From: Candidatus Woesearchaeota archaeon
GTDB taxonomy: Archaea; Nanobdellota; Nanobdellia; Woesearchaeales; GW2011-AR4
Length of the DNA: 64,000 nt
Direction of reading: 5' to 3'
Assembly (NCBI GenBank): GCA_016185755.1
Contig: JACPMX010000010.1
Location: 3,863 to 67,862, forward strand
Made by a program: the position numbers and the translations under genes. This document shows positions 1-8,799 of this stretch, one piece after another. The notes beneath the pieces were generated by a model, which did no database searches, was not told where the DNA came from, and was given only the letters and a program-made list of their open reading frames with translations. How positions within the stretch are numbered: the first letter of the stretch is position 1; each line of letters opens with the position of its first letter.

Positions 1-96
1 TGGCTTGTTTTTTGGAATATTTTCCTTTCCTTCAACTTTCCTTATCCACGGCCAGTAGACAGCAGGAATTAATATCCTGCCAATAGGGTAAGCCAT
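1..96 (-). CDS. 5' fragment of a probable lysophospholipid/1-acyl-glycerol-3-phosphate acyltransferase (PlsC-like); runs off the window
   Basis: Manual translation from ATG at 96: MAYPIGRILIPAVYWPWIRKVEGKENIPKNKP. VxGxENIPxxxP normally precedes the NHxxxxD motif of PlsC enzymes; the catalytic motif is outside the window. Confidence 0.55.
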   Translation of the reverse strand, partial: MAYPIGRILIPAVYWPWIRKVEGKENIPKNKP

Positions 97-165
97 AAGG
101 CAGAATTATAGGTATCGGGTTAAAAATGTTTTGCTTGGGCTGGAAAAAAGGGAAAAATAAAAAAA

Positions 166-1167
166 TTATTCTACGTCCTTGACCCCTGTCTCGTCAACGT
201 AGAAATTAGCCTCTCCTTCAGGCATTGATGGGCTGTCAATGAGCTTTGCAACCCTTGTTCCCTTCTTGCCTTTTCTTAGGTAAAGCCTGAACGTTGAGGC
301 ATGCGCCACAATATGACCCCCTATGGCCTGTGTTGGATCTCCAAAAAACATGTCGGGCTTTGCCATGACCTGGTTTGTGACATAAACAGCCAGGTTGTAC
401 ATATCGGCTAATTTAGCTAAAACGTGCATGTGCTTGTTCAGCTTCTGCTGCCTGTCAGCCAAAGTTCCTCTCCCGATGAACTCCGCCCTGAAATGGGCTG
501 TCAAAGAGTCTATGACAACAAGCTTTACATTCAAGCCTTGTTTTTTTATCAGGTCTTCAACCTTTTCAGCCAATAACATCTGATGGTCAGAATTGTATGC
601 CCTTGCCACTTTGATGTTTTTCAGCACTTGCTCTTCGTCCAGTCCGGCGCCTTTTGCAAGCTGCTGTATCCTTTCCGGCCTGAAGGTGTTTTCTGTATCT
701 ATGTAGACAGCGACTGCATCTTTGTCAGCGGCCTGTGACTTAACAGCCAGGACATGGCCGATTTGGGTTTTTCCACTTCCAAATTCACCAAAGCATTCCG
801 TTATAGCTCCTGTTTCCAGGCCGCCGCCAATCAATGTGTCGAATGACTTGCTTCCGGTCGGTATCCTTATGACCCTTTCCCTTCTTTTCAGGAGCTCTTC
901 TCCTGACTCGAAACCCATCTCTAAAGAAGACCTGGCCACAGCTATCATTTTTTTGGCCAATGCATCTCCCATGCCGGTTGCCTCTATGAGCTCTGCCGGC
1001 GATGCAACTGCAATGCTCATCAGGTCAGAGTATCCCACTGCTATCAGCTTTTCAGCTGTTGCAGCCCCGACTCCAGGAAGATCGTATATCGTCTTTTCTT
1101 CTTTTTCCATCTTTATTTCTTTTCTTTTCTTTTTTGTTTCCTGCACTTCTATAAGTTCCTGTTCCAT
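166..1167 (-). CDS. radA: DNA repair and recombination protein RadA
   Basis: N-terminal HhH (DLPGVG), Walker [31 protein letters not shown]; AGGTGAT SD upstream. Confidence 0.98.
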   Translation of the reverse strand: MEQELIEVQETKKKRKEIKMEKEEKTIYDLPGVGAATAEKLIAVGYSDLMSIAVASPAELIEATGMGDALAKKMIAVARSSLEMGFESGEELLKRRERVIRIPTGSKSFDTLIGGGLETGAITECFGEFGSGKTQIGHVLAVKSQAADKDAVAVYIDTENTFRPERIQQLAKGAGLDEEQVLKNIKVARAYNSDHQMLLAEKVEDLIKKQGLNVKLVVIDSLTAHFRAEFIGRGTLADRQQKLNKHMHVLAKLADMYNLAVYVTNQVMAKPDMFFGDPTQAIGGHIVAHASTFRLYLRKGKKGTRVAKLIDSPSMPEGEANFYVDETGVKDVE

Positions 1168-1223
1168 CTAGTATCACCTTTGGTTTTTTATATTTATGTT
1201 TTTTAAAAAAATAAAAAAAAGTC

Positions 1224-1523
1224 TTAAATGACTTCTTCTATTATGTCTTCATCCACCTCATAGTCAGAGGCATTTGCTGTTTCCCTTATCACAAGGTACT
1301 CGTATGCCTTCTGAAGGACCAATGCGGCCTTTGGCAGGTCATTAATTCTCAAAGAATTAGCTGTTTGCCAGACTCCACTCTTGTCTTTATACCTTCTCTG
1401 CAAAGAAACGGTTCTGTAACCTACTGGTTCTCCGCTTCTGCTCTTGCCTTGGTTCTGCCAGACAGTTGCAGTTATAACTCCTGTGCTGAATTTCTTTTCA
1501 GGCACGTTTCTAGTTTCGTTCAT
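1224..1523 (-). CDS. Small conserved protein, putative PC4/Whirly-like ssDNA-binding protein
   Basis: PEKKF..ITATVWQN..TVSLQRRYKDKSGVWQ..SLRINDLPKA and an acidic C-terminal tail; directly upstream of radA; GGTGA SD supports ATG 1523. Confidence 0.55.
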   Translation of the reverse strand: MNETRNVPEKKFSTGVITATVWQNQGKSRSGEPVGYRTVSLQRRYKDKSGVWQTANSLRINDLPKAALVLQKAYEYLVIRETANASDYEVDEDIIEEVI

Positions 1524-1672
1524 TTTCTTCACCCATTTGCTATTCGCGTTTTTTTCAAAGCCTCCTTGATTATGGATGCAAAGGTATTAGGCGGATTTAC
1601 GCCATTAACCTGCATTCCCAGAGGCTGGGTAAAATCGCTTTTTACGATTTCAAAAGTATAGAGTACGAGTTT

Positions 1673-1712
1673 CTTTATATATTCTAGGCAGAGATGTCCA
1701 GTGTCCAGTGGT
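1673..1712 (-). promoter_or_regulatory. Promoter of the ssb-like/radA unit: tandem CACTGGACA box plus TATA
   Basis: Sense strand ACCACTGGACACTGGACAT-N11-ATATATAAAG; same geometry at 2312-2344 and 26077-26109. Confidence 0.65.
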
Positions 1713-1873
1713 TGTGGAATATATATGTTGGAGGAGATAGGAAGCTTAATCTAATCTTCTTTAATTACAAAAGCGCATAGTCTCTCTCGATATACCGGAC
1801 ATTTACCATTACAATAATCCAACGCTTGTAAGCATTTTAAGGAGCAAGATTAACGATTTAACCTAGCCATTCT

Positions 1874-2080
1874 TCACATAGAAATAAGATTATCTACCTG
1901 CAGCTCTTTTAGAATATTGGGATTTCTTTCCTTGACAAACAATATTTCAACCCCTATCACATCACCTTTCTTGTTGAAATCTATCACTGTGTTTTCGTCT
2001 ATCTCTTTCGTCTTGGCAACCTTATCCTTCTTCAGGGATATGTACATTGCATCCGCATCGGAATCATATCTTATTCTCAT
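1874..2080 (-). CDS. DUF2283-family putative antitoxin
   Basis: MRIRYDSDADAMYI...IDFNKKGDVIGVEIL signature; 4-bp overlap with upstream partner. Confidence 0.88.
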   Translation of the reverse strand: MRIRYDSDADAMYISLKKDKVAKTKEIDENTVIDFNKKGDVIGVEILFVKERNPNILKELQVDNLISM

Positions 2081-2289
2081 TTTATGAAATAGGAGGTTAT
2101 TACCTTTATATAATTTTCTTTTACATAAATGACTTTGAGAGTGTTGCCATTCAGCCTTTTCACTGCATAAAATTTGCGCCCTTCAACTCTTGTTTCATCG
2201 GGAGCTTTAAGAGCCTCCTCGACCCAGATTTTAGGTATTTTACGTTCCCTTATCTGCTCTTCAGCATGCAGTGTATAACTAATTTTCAT
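2077..2289 (-). CDS. DUF4258-family putative toxin (RelE/BrnT-like RNase fold)
   Basis: YTLHAEEQIRER..I..VEEALKAPD...LKVIY...VITSY; typical partner of DUF2283. Confidence 0.85.
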   Translation of the reverse strand: MKISYTLHAEEQIRERKIPKIWVEEALKAPDETRVEGRKFYAVKRLNGNTLKVIYVKENYIKVITSYFIK

Positions 2290-2311
2290 AAAAATTTATC
2301 AAACTTCTATA

Positions 2312-2344
2312 GTTTATAAATCTCATCCAAGAATGTCCAGTGGT
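2312..2344 (-). promoter_or_regulatory. Promoter of the TA pair: ACCACTGGACAT box plus TATA
   Basis: Sense TACCACTGGACAT-N11-ATTTATAAAC, 22 nt before ATG 2289. Confidence 0.65.
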
Positions 2345-2346
2345 AT

Positions 2347-3336
2347 CTATCCCTGCAGCCTCTTCATCTCTTCCTCAGGGTTTGGATTTGTATCGACGCT
2401 TTGCACGACAAACTCGAGCCTGTTGAACATGGAATTCTTGTTTGTCCTTCCGTTCAGCTTGACAATAGTCCCGAGCAGGTCGTTCTTCACAGCCTCAAAG
2501 TCGGCAGGATTGTTCTTGAAATTAAGCATCTGCTCCTGGTTCTTGCCAAGCAGTTTTTCAAGCTGGTTCCTGAAAAACACGCACCTTATAGTTTCAGTTC
2601 CGTCATCAAGCACGGAGTTAAGGACATAAGCATAGGCCGGAATCACGTTTCCGTGCTCTGAGCATTCAAACAAGGCTGCAGTCGGTTTTGCCCTTTTTCC
2701 GCATCTCGGGCAGATTTCATAAAACCTTATGTCAAATACCTGCACTATTGTGCCCAGTAATTCAACTTCATTGTCGTTCTCTTTCAGCTCCTTTATCTCC
2801 TTCCTTGTGCCATTCTTGGCTTCGACAGCGACTTCCTTTACAGCCTCTCCTTTCGGATTAATCAATAGTTGCGACTTGTCATTAAGATGAATTTCTTTCC
2901 TTCCGTTATTTTCCCTTACATAGCCGCCGACAACCTTGACAATAAAGCCCTGGCCTAGATTGGCTGCATTATCTGCTTGACTGCCCCACATCACAACCCT
3001 TATCGTTCCTGTTTCATCGCCGACAAGCATGGAAGCGACTTTGCTCAATGAATCTCCCTTCATGAACTCCCTTGTCTCGTAAATCTGCAGAACTTTTCCT
3101 ACAGTCTCCACGTCCCTCATTCCGCTAAGAATGTTCTTTATCTGCAGTTTCCCGCTCAGGGGCTCGAAAATCTTCACTCCAAGCTCGTTCGCAATGATGT
3201 GGGCAGCCCCCTCTTTGCTTATCAGACCTGAAAGCTGCTTCAGCTTCTTCTCTATTCTTTCCTCGATTTCCGATACTGACATCTGCGTCTTCTCGTTTAT
3301 CTTCAGAATTATCTCCTCGTAAGGAATCTTTATCAT
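2347..3336 (-). CDS. rpa: Replication protein A large subunit (OB folds plus Zn finger)
   Basis: LSGLISKEGAAHIIA N-terminus, GDETGTIRVVMW and LDDGTETIRCVFF OB motifs, CPRC..CSEHG Zn finger. Confidence 0.9.
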   Translation of the reverse strand: MIKIPYEEIILKINEKTQMSVSEIEERIEKKLKQLSGLISKEGAAHIIANELGVKIFEPLSGKLQIKNILSGMRDVETVGKVLQIYETREFMKGDSLSKVASMLVGDETGTIRVVMWGSQADNAANLGQGFIVKVVGGYVRENNGRKEIHLNDKSQLLINPKGEAVKEVAVEAKNGTRKEIKELKENDNEVELLGTIVQVFDIRFYEICPRCGKRAKPTAALFECSEHGNVIPAYAYVLNSVLDDGTETIRCVFFRNQLEKLLGKNQEQMLNFKNNPADFEAVKNDLLGTIVKLNGRTNKNSMFNRLEFVVQSVDTNPNPEEEMKRLQG

Positions 3337-3425
3337 GGGAGTAGAGGGTGCCGGATTCTTTATAAGTATTTTGGTTTGGTTCGTTGCTCAATGGATTTGG
3401 TAATTTTAAAAATTTTGAAATATAT

Positions 3426-4352
3426 CTATTGTTTTTTAGGGATATAAGCTGCAAACTTCACAACCAAAGGCCTTTCCTTCATCATTCCGTCTGTCTTGTC
3501 ATAAGCCATTATCTTGAAATCCTTCTTTTCAGCGCAAAGCCTGTAAATGCTCTTAGGATTTATGCTGCAGCTTTGGAGCTTGCTTATTTCAACAGGCTTG
3601 TTGCCGGCATCCAAAATAAGGCCGTCCTTTGGATTTTTAAGGTTGTCATTCTCCTGCTTGGCAAAGATTATGGAATTTTGCCCTTTGTAAAGGACGATCT
3701 TTTCCACTGGACCGGGGCCTTCATAGTTGCCGCTTGCGTCATTGAAAAATAGGTTAATATTTGGTGTTCCGTATTGGTTGTAATGGAATACATACCTCGC
3801 TGGTGACCATATTGAAATTCCATTTGTACCTATATCCTGCGACGTCCCGGCATCTGATTCTATCTTTATTTTCTTAAAGCTTGCCTCTTCAAACTTGAGC
3901 TCAAAGTTCTTGTTCAAAAGCCCATAATCCTCTATCTGCCATTTTGTCAATGAGAACTCCTTAGTGCATATGCAATTATTGCTGCCGGAATCAATGCAGT
4001 CCTGGAAGAACTCTGCAAATTCGTAAAGGACTTTTTCAGTCCCTTTGTCGCAGTTCAATGACCATGCAAAAGACTTGTCATTATCATTAATTTCATTCAG
4101 GCACAGGTAAATGTCTTTTTCCTTGGCGCAGCTTGAAATAGAGGCAAATGATTCCTTTATCTTCCTGTAATCATCCAGGCCATAATCAATCTTTGCCCTG
4201 AACGAAGGGTTTATGGAGTAAGTCCCGAGCAGATTGGAATCTTTCTGCCCTGCTGCAACAGCCCCGGTTATTTTATTGGCATCAGTATATACGACAAGCC
4301 CCATCAACAGCGCCGGGATCAGCATCAGCAAAAAAAGGTCTTTTGCTTCCAT
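3426..4352 (-). CDS. Membrane-anchored Cys-containing extracellular protein, last gene of the pilin-like cluster
   Basis: N-terminal hydrophobic helix then ITGAV; several Cys; 1-bp gap to upstream gene. Confidence 0.7.
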   Translation of the reverse strand: MEAKDLFLLMLIPALLMGLVVYTDANKITGAVAAGQKDSNLLGTYSINPSFRAKIDYGLDDYRKIKESFASISSCAKEKDIYLCLNEINDNDKSFAWSLNCDKGTEKVLYEFAEFFQDCIDSGSNNCICTKEFSLTKWQIEDYGLLNKNFELKFEEASFKKIKIESDAGTSQDIGTNGISIWSPARYVFHYNQYGTPNINLFFNDASGNYEGPGPVEKIVLYKGQNSIIFAKQENDNLKNPKDGLILDAGNKPVEISKLQSCSINPKSIYRLCAEKKDFKIMAYDKTDGMMKERPLVVKFAAYIPKKQ

Positions 4353-4353
4353 T

Positions 4354-5475
4354 TTATGATATTGCCCTTACCTCCTGTCCTGTTTTCTGCTCGAGAGCGA
4401 CTGCCCTGTTGTACCTGTCAGTTCCGCAGCATTCGTAATGCCAAAGCTCTGCAGAATATCTTCTGAAGCCTGCCTTGTACATTACCCCTTCAAGCTCTTT
4501 CCAGTCTGCAACCGTCATTGTTTTTTTGAACCTGACATCAACGGCTTTTCCGCTCATGTGCGGGCATGAAGCAAGCCCCTTATTGGGATTGCAGACATAC
4601 TTTGCTCTTTCCGCATCAGTTGGGAATCTTTGCGCGTATTTTTCAGGAGTCCTTCCTTCCCACAGGTCTCTTTGCTCCTGCTCAGACCTGAAAGCTGAAT
4701 AAACCTCAAGTTCTTTCCCTTTTTCCTTTGCAATCCTTTGCGCATCGGCTGCTTTTTGGTAAGCTTCTAATGTCAGCCTGCATTTGATTCCTTTTGCGCA
4801 CAAATTCTCGTCGCTAAAGTCCTTGAAGCCTGAAATCTCCTGCAGAGTGGGCATCTGCTCCGGGCCGATTATTCTTTTCTCTTCTTTGGGAATTCGCTTC
4901 AGCGTCTCTTCTTTCTTCTTTATGCTTTCATCCTTCAGAATCTCAAATTTCAATGGATCTTTCGAAATACCGATAATTTCTGTGCTGCCCCTTATGTCAT
5001 AGATATAGTTGTTAAGCTGGATTTCTGAAGGGTAATTGGCAATGTATCCGCTGAATTTTTCATTGAACTGCAGCTCAAGGTTTAATTTTATTTTATTCTC
5101 GCTGAAGCAGTCAACACCTTTGTCATTCCATAGGAAATAGCCGTAATATTTTCCGCACTCTTTAATTGGAGAATGCAGGGTTGGGTGCTCTCTTGGAGTC
5201 AGGATTTCGCTTGCATAAACCTCGCTTAATCCCCCGTCTCTCGCAAGGTCGTAAACTGCCTGCTGCAAAGAATACTTTGCTGACTGGTCGATGTAAAACA
5301 AGGCTCCCTCGGCTTTCATGTAAACTTTGAGCAGTGTGAATTGCCTGTCTCCGATCGGGGAGCTGGAAAACGTCCCTGTCTTTGACAAAAGAACAATAAA
5401 CAAGTAAATCAGGATTAATGATGACAGAATAACCAGTAAAGGCAGGAAAAAAAATGATGCTTTTTTATTTTTCAT
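4354..5475 (-). CDS. Pilin-like protein with C-terminal M15-family (VanY-like D-Ala-D-Ala) zinc metallopeptidase domain
   Basis: MKNKKA|SFFFLPLLV class III-like signal; SAFRS..EQ, PHMSGKAVD (HxxGxAxD) and ELWH (ExxH) M15 motifs. Confidence 0.85.
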   Translation of the reverse strand: MKNKKASFFFLPLLVILSSLILIYLFIVLLSKTGTFSSSPIGDRQFTLLKVYMKAEGALFYIDQSAKYSLQQAVYDLARDGGLSEVYASEILTPREHPTLHSPIKECGKYYGYFLWNDKGVDCFSENKIKLNLELQFNEKFSGYIANYPSEIQLNNYIYDIRGSTEIIGISKDPLKFEILKDESIKKKEETLKRIPKEEKRIIGPEQMPTLQEISGFKDFSDENLCAKGIKCRLTLEAYQKAADAQRIAKEKGKELEVYSAFRSEQEQRDLWEGRTPEKYAQRFPTDAERAKYVCNPNKGLASCPHMSGKAVDVRFKKTMTVADWKELEGVMYKAGFRRYSAELWHYECCGTDRYNRAVALEQKTGQEVRAIS

Positions 5476-5963
5476 TTTAGAGGTATATTTTTGGTTGATG
5501 GCTGGGCTATGTCTGATTTAAATGCGACTTCTATCGCTGCGCCATATGCTGGGACAGAGATGACATTTTCAGAGCATCCAAAATGCTGCAGGCTTGAGCA
5601 TCCCCTGCTCTTGAGCTTTTCTCCGTCTATGCAAAAAATGCTGCATTTATTTCCGAAATAATCATCCATGATCTGCATTATGCTCTTTTCAGCTAATTGA
5701 TTTTTCGAGCTGTCAAATCTTGACAATGCTATAAGCTCTGCTATGCTCATTTTTGAGTTGTTTATTTCGACTGGTGTCTTGAGTATATTTATCAAAGAGA
5801 TTGTGTCTGCAACATTGCCTGATTCTTCTGGTATCTGAAAAGTGGCTTTTCCAAGTGTAAGCTTTATCAGCAGGTAAAACACCAGGATGACGAAAGCGTA
5901 GGCTAGGATGGAAAAAAAGTCAAGGAATCCCATTCCCTTTTTTCTAGTTCGGCAAAACTGCAT
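5472..5963 (-). CDS. Minor pilin-like protein (class III signal peptide)
   Basis: RKKG|MGFLDFFSILAYAFVILVF; ILKTP..MSIAELI resembles 11032..11502. Confidence 0.7.
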   Translation of the reverse strand: MQFCRTRKKGMGFLDFFSILAYAFVILVFYLLIKLTLGKATFQIPEESGNVADTISLINILKTPVEINNSKMSIAELIALSRFDSSKNQLAEKSIMQIMDDYFGNKCSIFCIDGEKLKSRGCSSLQHFGCSENVISVPAYGAAIEVAFKSDIAQPSTKNIPLK

Positions 5964-6459
5964 CAACAGTAAGCACCCCTTTTTTTATATTATCTTTGTC
6001 TTTTATCAGAACGTAAAAGTTTGTTGAAAGCCCCCTTGCAGCGCCCTCCCCGATTAATTTTGCTTCAACAAGCACTTTTTTCTCTTTATAGAGTGGCTCA
6101 TTGTAATAGGTGGTGTACACATCACCTGACTCAATATCTTCCAGCTCAAGCTTCGCAGATGCCTCCGAATTTACGCTGCCGTAATAAATTGAGTTCAGTA
6201 TGCTGCTTTTGAATTCTTCCGATGAGAATTTTTCCAGGTCTATTGTTCCGATGTACTGCCTTTTAATCTCATCATCAACATGGCTGATATCCTTTGACAG
6301 CAGCAAGCTATGCGTCAGCAATCTTGATTCTGTCTCGAAAACATCTATTTTTTCCTTGATGGCTGCATTTGCAACCAGTGTGATGGAGTAAAACACGAAA
6401 ATTGCAAAGATTATCCTAAAAAAGTTCAGTATGTCGTCCATTGATGCTGTTTTATTCAT
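5944..6459 (-). CDS. Minor pilin-like protein (divergent class III signal)
   Basis: MNKTA|SMDDILNFFRIIFAIFVF; IDLEKF and C-terminal VLIKD..GVLTVD resemble 11499..11999. Confidence 0.65.
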   Translation of the reverse strand: MNKTASMDDILNFFRIIFAIFVFYSITLVANAAIKEKIDVFETESRLLTHSLLLSKDISHVDDEIKRQYIGTIDLEKFSSEEFKSSILNSIYYGSVNSEASAKLELEDIESGDVYTTYYNEPLYKEKKVLVEAKLIGEGAARGLSTNFYVLIKDKDNIKKGVLTVDAVLPN

Positions 6460-6901
6460 TCCTGCTCACTTTGATTTTTCCTTCGGATTTGGAAAACCTG
6501 AAAGACTTGGCGCCTGCAACAGAATATTTCTCTGTATCAGCATGATTTCTTCCATAATGGTAGTTCTTTGGCATGCCTTCAGCGCCTATCCTTATTGTCG
6601 GTGTTTTGTCATCCTCATACTCTGTGATTTGCAGATTGAATTTTGACAAATCAAGCTTGTTAAAAGAATATTCATAGTCAACATTGCCGGGCGCGCTGTA
6701 GAGAGTGTTCATTAAAAGCGCAATATCCCTGCTCAGAAAAATGTTCTGGAATCCTGTATCGTTCTCTATGGACTTTACATATATTACCATCAATACAACC
6801 ACAAAAAGAAGCAGCGCGGCCATTGCAATATGAATCAGCATCTGCCTTATGGTAACTTGGCTTTTTTTGCTTGAGAAATGCAAAACTGCTCTTTTTTTCA
6901 T
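6452..6901 (-). CDS. Minor pilin-like protein
   Basis: SKKS|QVTIRQMLIHIAMAALLLFVVV. Confidence 0.7.
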   Translation of the reverse strand: MKKRAVLHFSSKKSQVTIRQMLIHIAMAALLLFVVVLMVIYVKSIENDTGFQNIFLSRDIALLMNTLYSAPGNVDYEYSFNKLDLSKFNLQITEYEDDKTPTIRIGAEGMPKNYHYGRNHADTEKYSVAGAKSFRFSKSEGKIKVSRNE

Positions 6902-6935
6902 AATTATTCTTTAGAATTGCACTTTAAATGCTTTT

Positions 6936-7685
6936 CTAATGAGTTGTTCCTTGAGCGCCAGCACCGCCAATAGCTCCGCCGCTTGGCTTAAAATCGCTTT
7001 TTTTGTTTAATTCTCCGATTACAATGAAAATATTTTCCCCTTCCCTGATTTTGTCAAGAGAAACCTGCTTTATTCCCCAGCTGCTGCGCCAGAAGCCGCC
7101 GCATATTCCGTAAAGCACGAGATAATTGTAGCTGGGCCACCTGTTCGAGCTCGGCTTGGCATTGGCTTGGGTGCCGAAAAAATTTGAGTCTCTTGTTGAT
7201 GCCAAAAAGACTATTTTTTCTTCGAATGGCTTGCACTTTACCGGTGCTGCATCCCCTTTAAGGTCAAAATCATTTCCAGACCAGTCTGTTATGCCGCCTG
7301 TGTTTTGGTAGATGCACAGGCATGACTTTGACTGGCATAATTTCGGCCTTGATGTAATTATGCTTTCCCCTGTGCATTCTGTCCTAACCCCATTATCATT
7401 ATAGCTAAAGCCCGCAAGTATGTAGTCATCTGTAATGCTGTACACTGTTGTTTGTGTTGTCACAGCTTTTCTGTCGTTTGCAAGCTCTTTTACCCTGTTT
7501 GACAATGCCTCAAGGTTATTAACTGTTGACTGGTACTCCTGGCCGCTGAGAAAAAGGCCGCTGAGCCTTAAGATGTAATAAAACAATACAGAAAGTATTA
7601 TTATTCCAGCTATAATCTCGATCAGAGTCCATAAAGAAAGGTCTATTATTGATCTTTTGCCTTTGAAAAAAGGTATTTTTGGCAT
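6936..7685 (-). CDS. Minor pilin-like protein, Cys-containing
   Basis: Start moved to ATG 7685 (1 nt after upstream stop); KGKRS|IIDLSLWTLIEIIAGIII; CxxxxCLC motif. Confidence 0.65.
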   Translation of the reverse strand: MPKIPFFKGKRSIIDLSLWTLIEIIAGIIILSVLFYYILRLSGLFLSGQEYQSTVNNLEALSNRVKELANDRKAVTTQTTVYSITDDYILAGFSYNDNGVRTECTGESIITSRPKLCQSKSCLCIYQNTGGITDWSGNDFDLKGDAAPVKCKPFEEKIVFLASTRDSNFFGTQANAKPSSNRWPSYNYLVLYGICGGFWRSSWGIKQVSLDKIREGENIFIVIGELNKKSDFKPSGGAIGGAGAQGTTH

Positions 7686-7686
7686 T

Positions 7687-8118
7687 TCATACCTTGGCAA
7701 CAGGTGCGGCACCGCCTTCAACACATCTTCGGTCGCTTGTCATGACAAAATTATCGCAGTCCCTTGCAATCTTGTCATTGTCATTTTTATCGCAGCTTCT
7801 TGGCACATCATCACCATCGCCGTCATGAGTAACATCATTATTCTTGCATCCTGCATCAGAACATACACACGGGTCGCAGTCATCCTTAAGCCCATCTCCA
7901 TCCCTGTCATTGGATTGTGTTAGTACCAATCCCCTTTCCATTGCCCTTTGGGTGTCAAATCCGCATCTCGCGAGCGCTGCCTTGTAAAGCTCAGAAGCGG
8001 TTATTCTTGCAGCTTCTGAGGTAGGCCTTCTTATGAGATTAGTGCCTGTAATCAGGACGAGCACTCCTAAAACAAGCAGTACTATAAATCCGATTCCAAT
8101 AGCCTTTTTATTCATCAT
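7687..8118 (-). CDS. Pilin-like protein with thrombospondin type 3-like Ca-binding repeats
   Basis: NKKA|IGIGFIVLLVLGVLVL; DRDGDGLKDDCDPC and DGDGDDVPRSCD. Confidence 0.75.
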   Translation of the reverse strand: MMNKKAIGIGFIVLLVLGVLVLITGTNLIRRPTSEAARITASELYKAALARCGFDTQRAMERGLVLTQSNDRDGDGLKDDCDPCVCSDAGCKNNDVTHDGDGDDVPRSCDKNDNDKIARDCDNFVMTSDRRCVEGGAAPVAKV

Positions 8119-8119
8119 T

Positions 8120-8374
8120 TCAGCCTCTTAGCGGGTTAATGCAGCATACTTCCTTCTGAGCATTATCTTTTTCAGGGCATGTAAATTCGGTTTTTTCGTA
8201 TTGGCAGCTAGATTCATCAACACATTCTCCGTTCTTGGACTCGCAGGAGAAAGCAGCCTTGCTAAATCCTCCTGATGCATTGCCAAGCATATATATCAAA
8301 ATTACAACTGCTATCAAGGATATCGTTGCTATCACAATTATGTTTATTGGCAATCCCTGCGCTTTTCTTTTCAT
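8120..8374 (-). CDS. Small Cys-rich pilin-like protein, paralog of 10683..10964
   Basis: MKRKA|QGLPINIIVIATISLI; six Cys, ending in CC. Confidence 0.8.
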   Translation of the reverse strand: MKRKAQGLPINIIVIATISLIAVVILIYMLGNASGGFSKAAFSCESKNGECVDESSCQYEKTEFTCPEKDNAQKEVCCINPLRG

Positions 8375-8619
8375 TTTAAATTAAAAATAATAAAGCTTGG
8401 TAATGTGATAAGCCTGCCAGCGTTTATTATTAAGTTTTTTGTCTTGCCTGGTTCTGGGGTCTTGTCCTTATCAAAGTCAATTGAGCCATATGATGTTCCT
8501 ATCCCCAAAAGCTGTTTTATATAGCCCCCAAAAAATATGGAAATCAAAAAAGCAAGTATTGCTAATATAAGCAGTATAACCCAGAAAGGTACTCCGCTTC
8601 CCTGGCCTTTTCTGTTCAT
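8371..8619 (-). CDS. Small pilin-like protein
   Basis: MNRKG|QGSGVPFWVILLILAILAF; ATGA overlaps on both sides. Confidence 0.7.
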   Translation of the reverse strand: MNRKGQGSGVPFWVILLILAILAFLISIFFGGYIKQLLGIGTSYGSIDFDKDKTPEPGKTKNLIINAGRLITLPSFIIFNLK

Positions 8620-8774
8620 GTGAATGCGCCACCAATCGCTTTTCCAAGATTTGCCATCCTGACGCTGATAGGGCCAATCCCAAAATACAGCAATATTATA
8701 AGCAAGATTACCGCTCCCGCTACCCCAAGCGCAAAATAGTTTACATCAGCTTTTCTGTTTTTCATGTTTTTCAT
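8616..8774 (-). CDS. Micro pilin-like protein
   Basis: KNRKA|DVNYFALGVAGAVILLIILLYF; start 8774 or 8765. Confidence 0.6.
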   Translation of the reverse strand: MKNMKNRKADVNYFALGVAGAVILLIILLYFGIGPISVRMANLGKAIGGAFT

Positions 8775-8799
8775 TTGTTTTGCCTGCAATATAAATAAT

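Noticed and set aside
1793-1803. Partial box ACCGGACAT
   Set aside because: Mismatched relative to CACTGGACAT, opposite orientation to nearby genes and no TATA at the 11-bp spacing.
1751-1870. Interrupted minus-strand frame MARLNR*SCSLKCLQALDYCNGKCPVYRERLCAFVIKED after the antitoxin
   Set aside because: Internal TAA, only 40 codons and no recognisable family; cannot be distinguished from chance.
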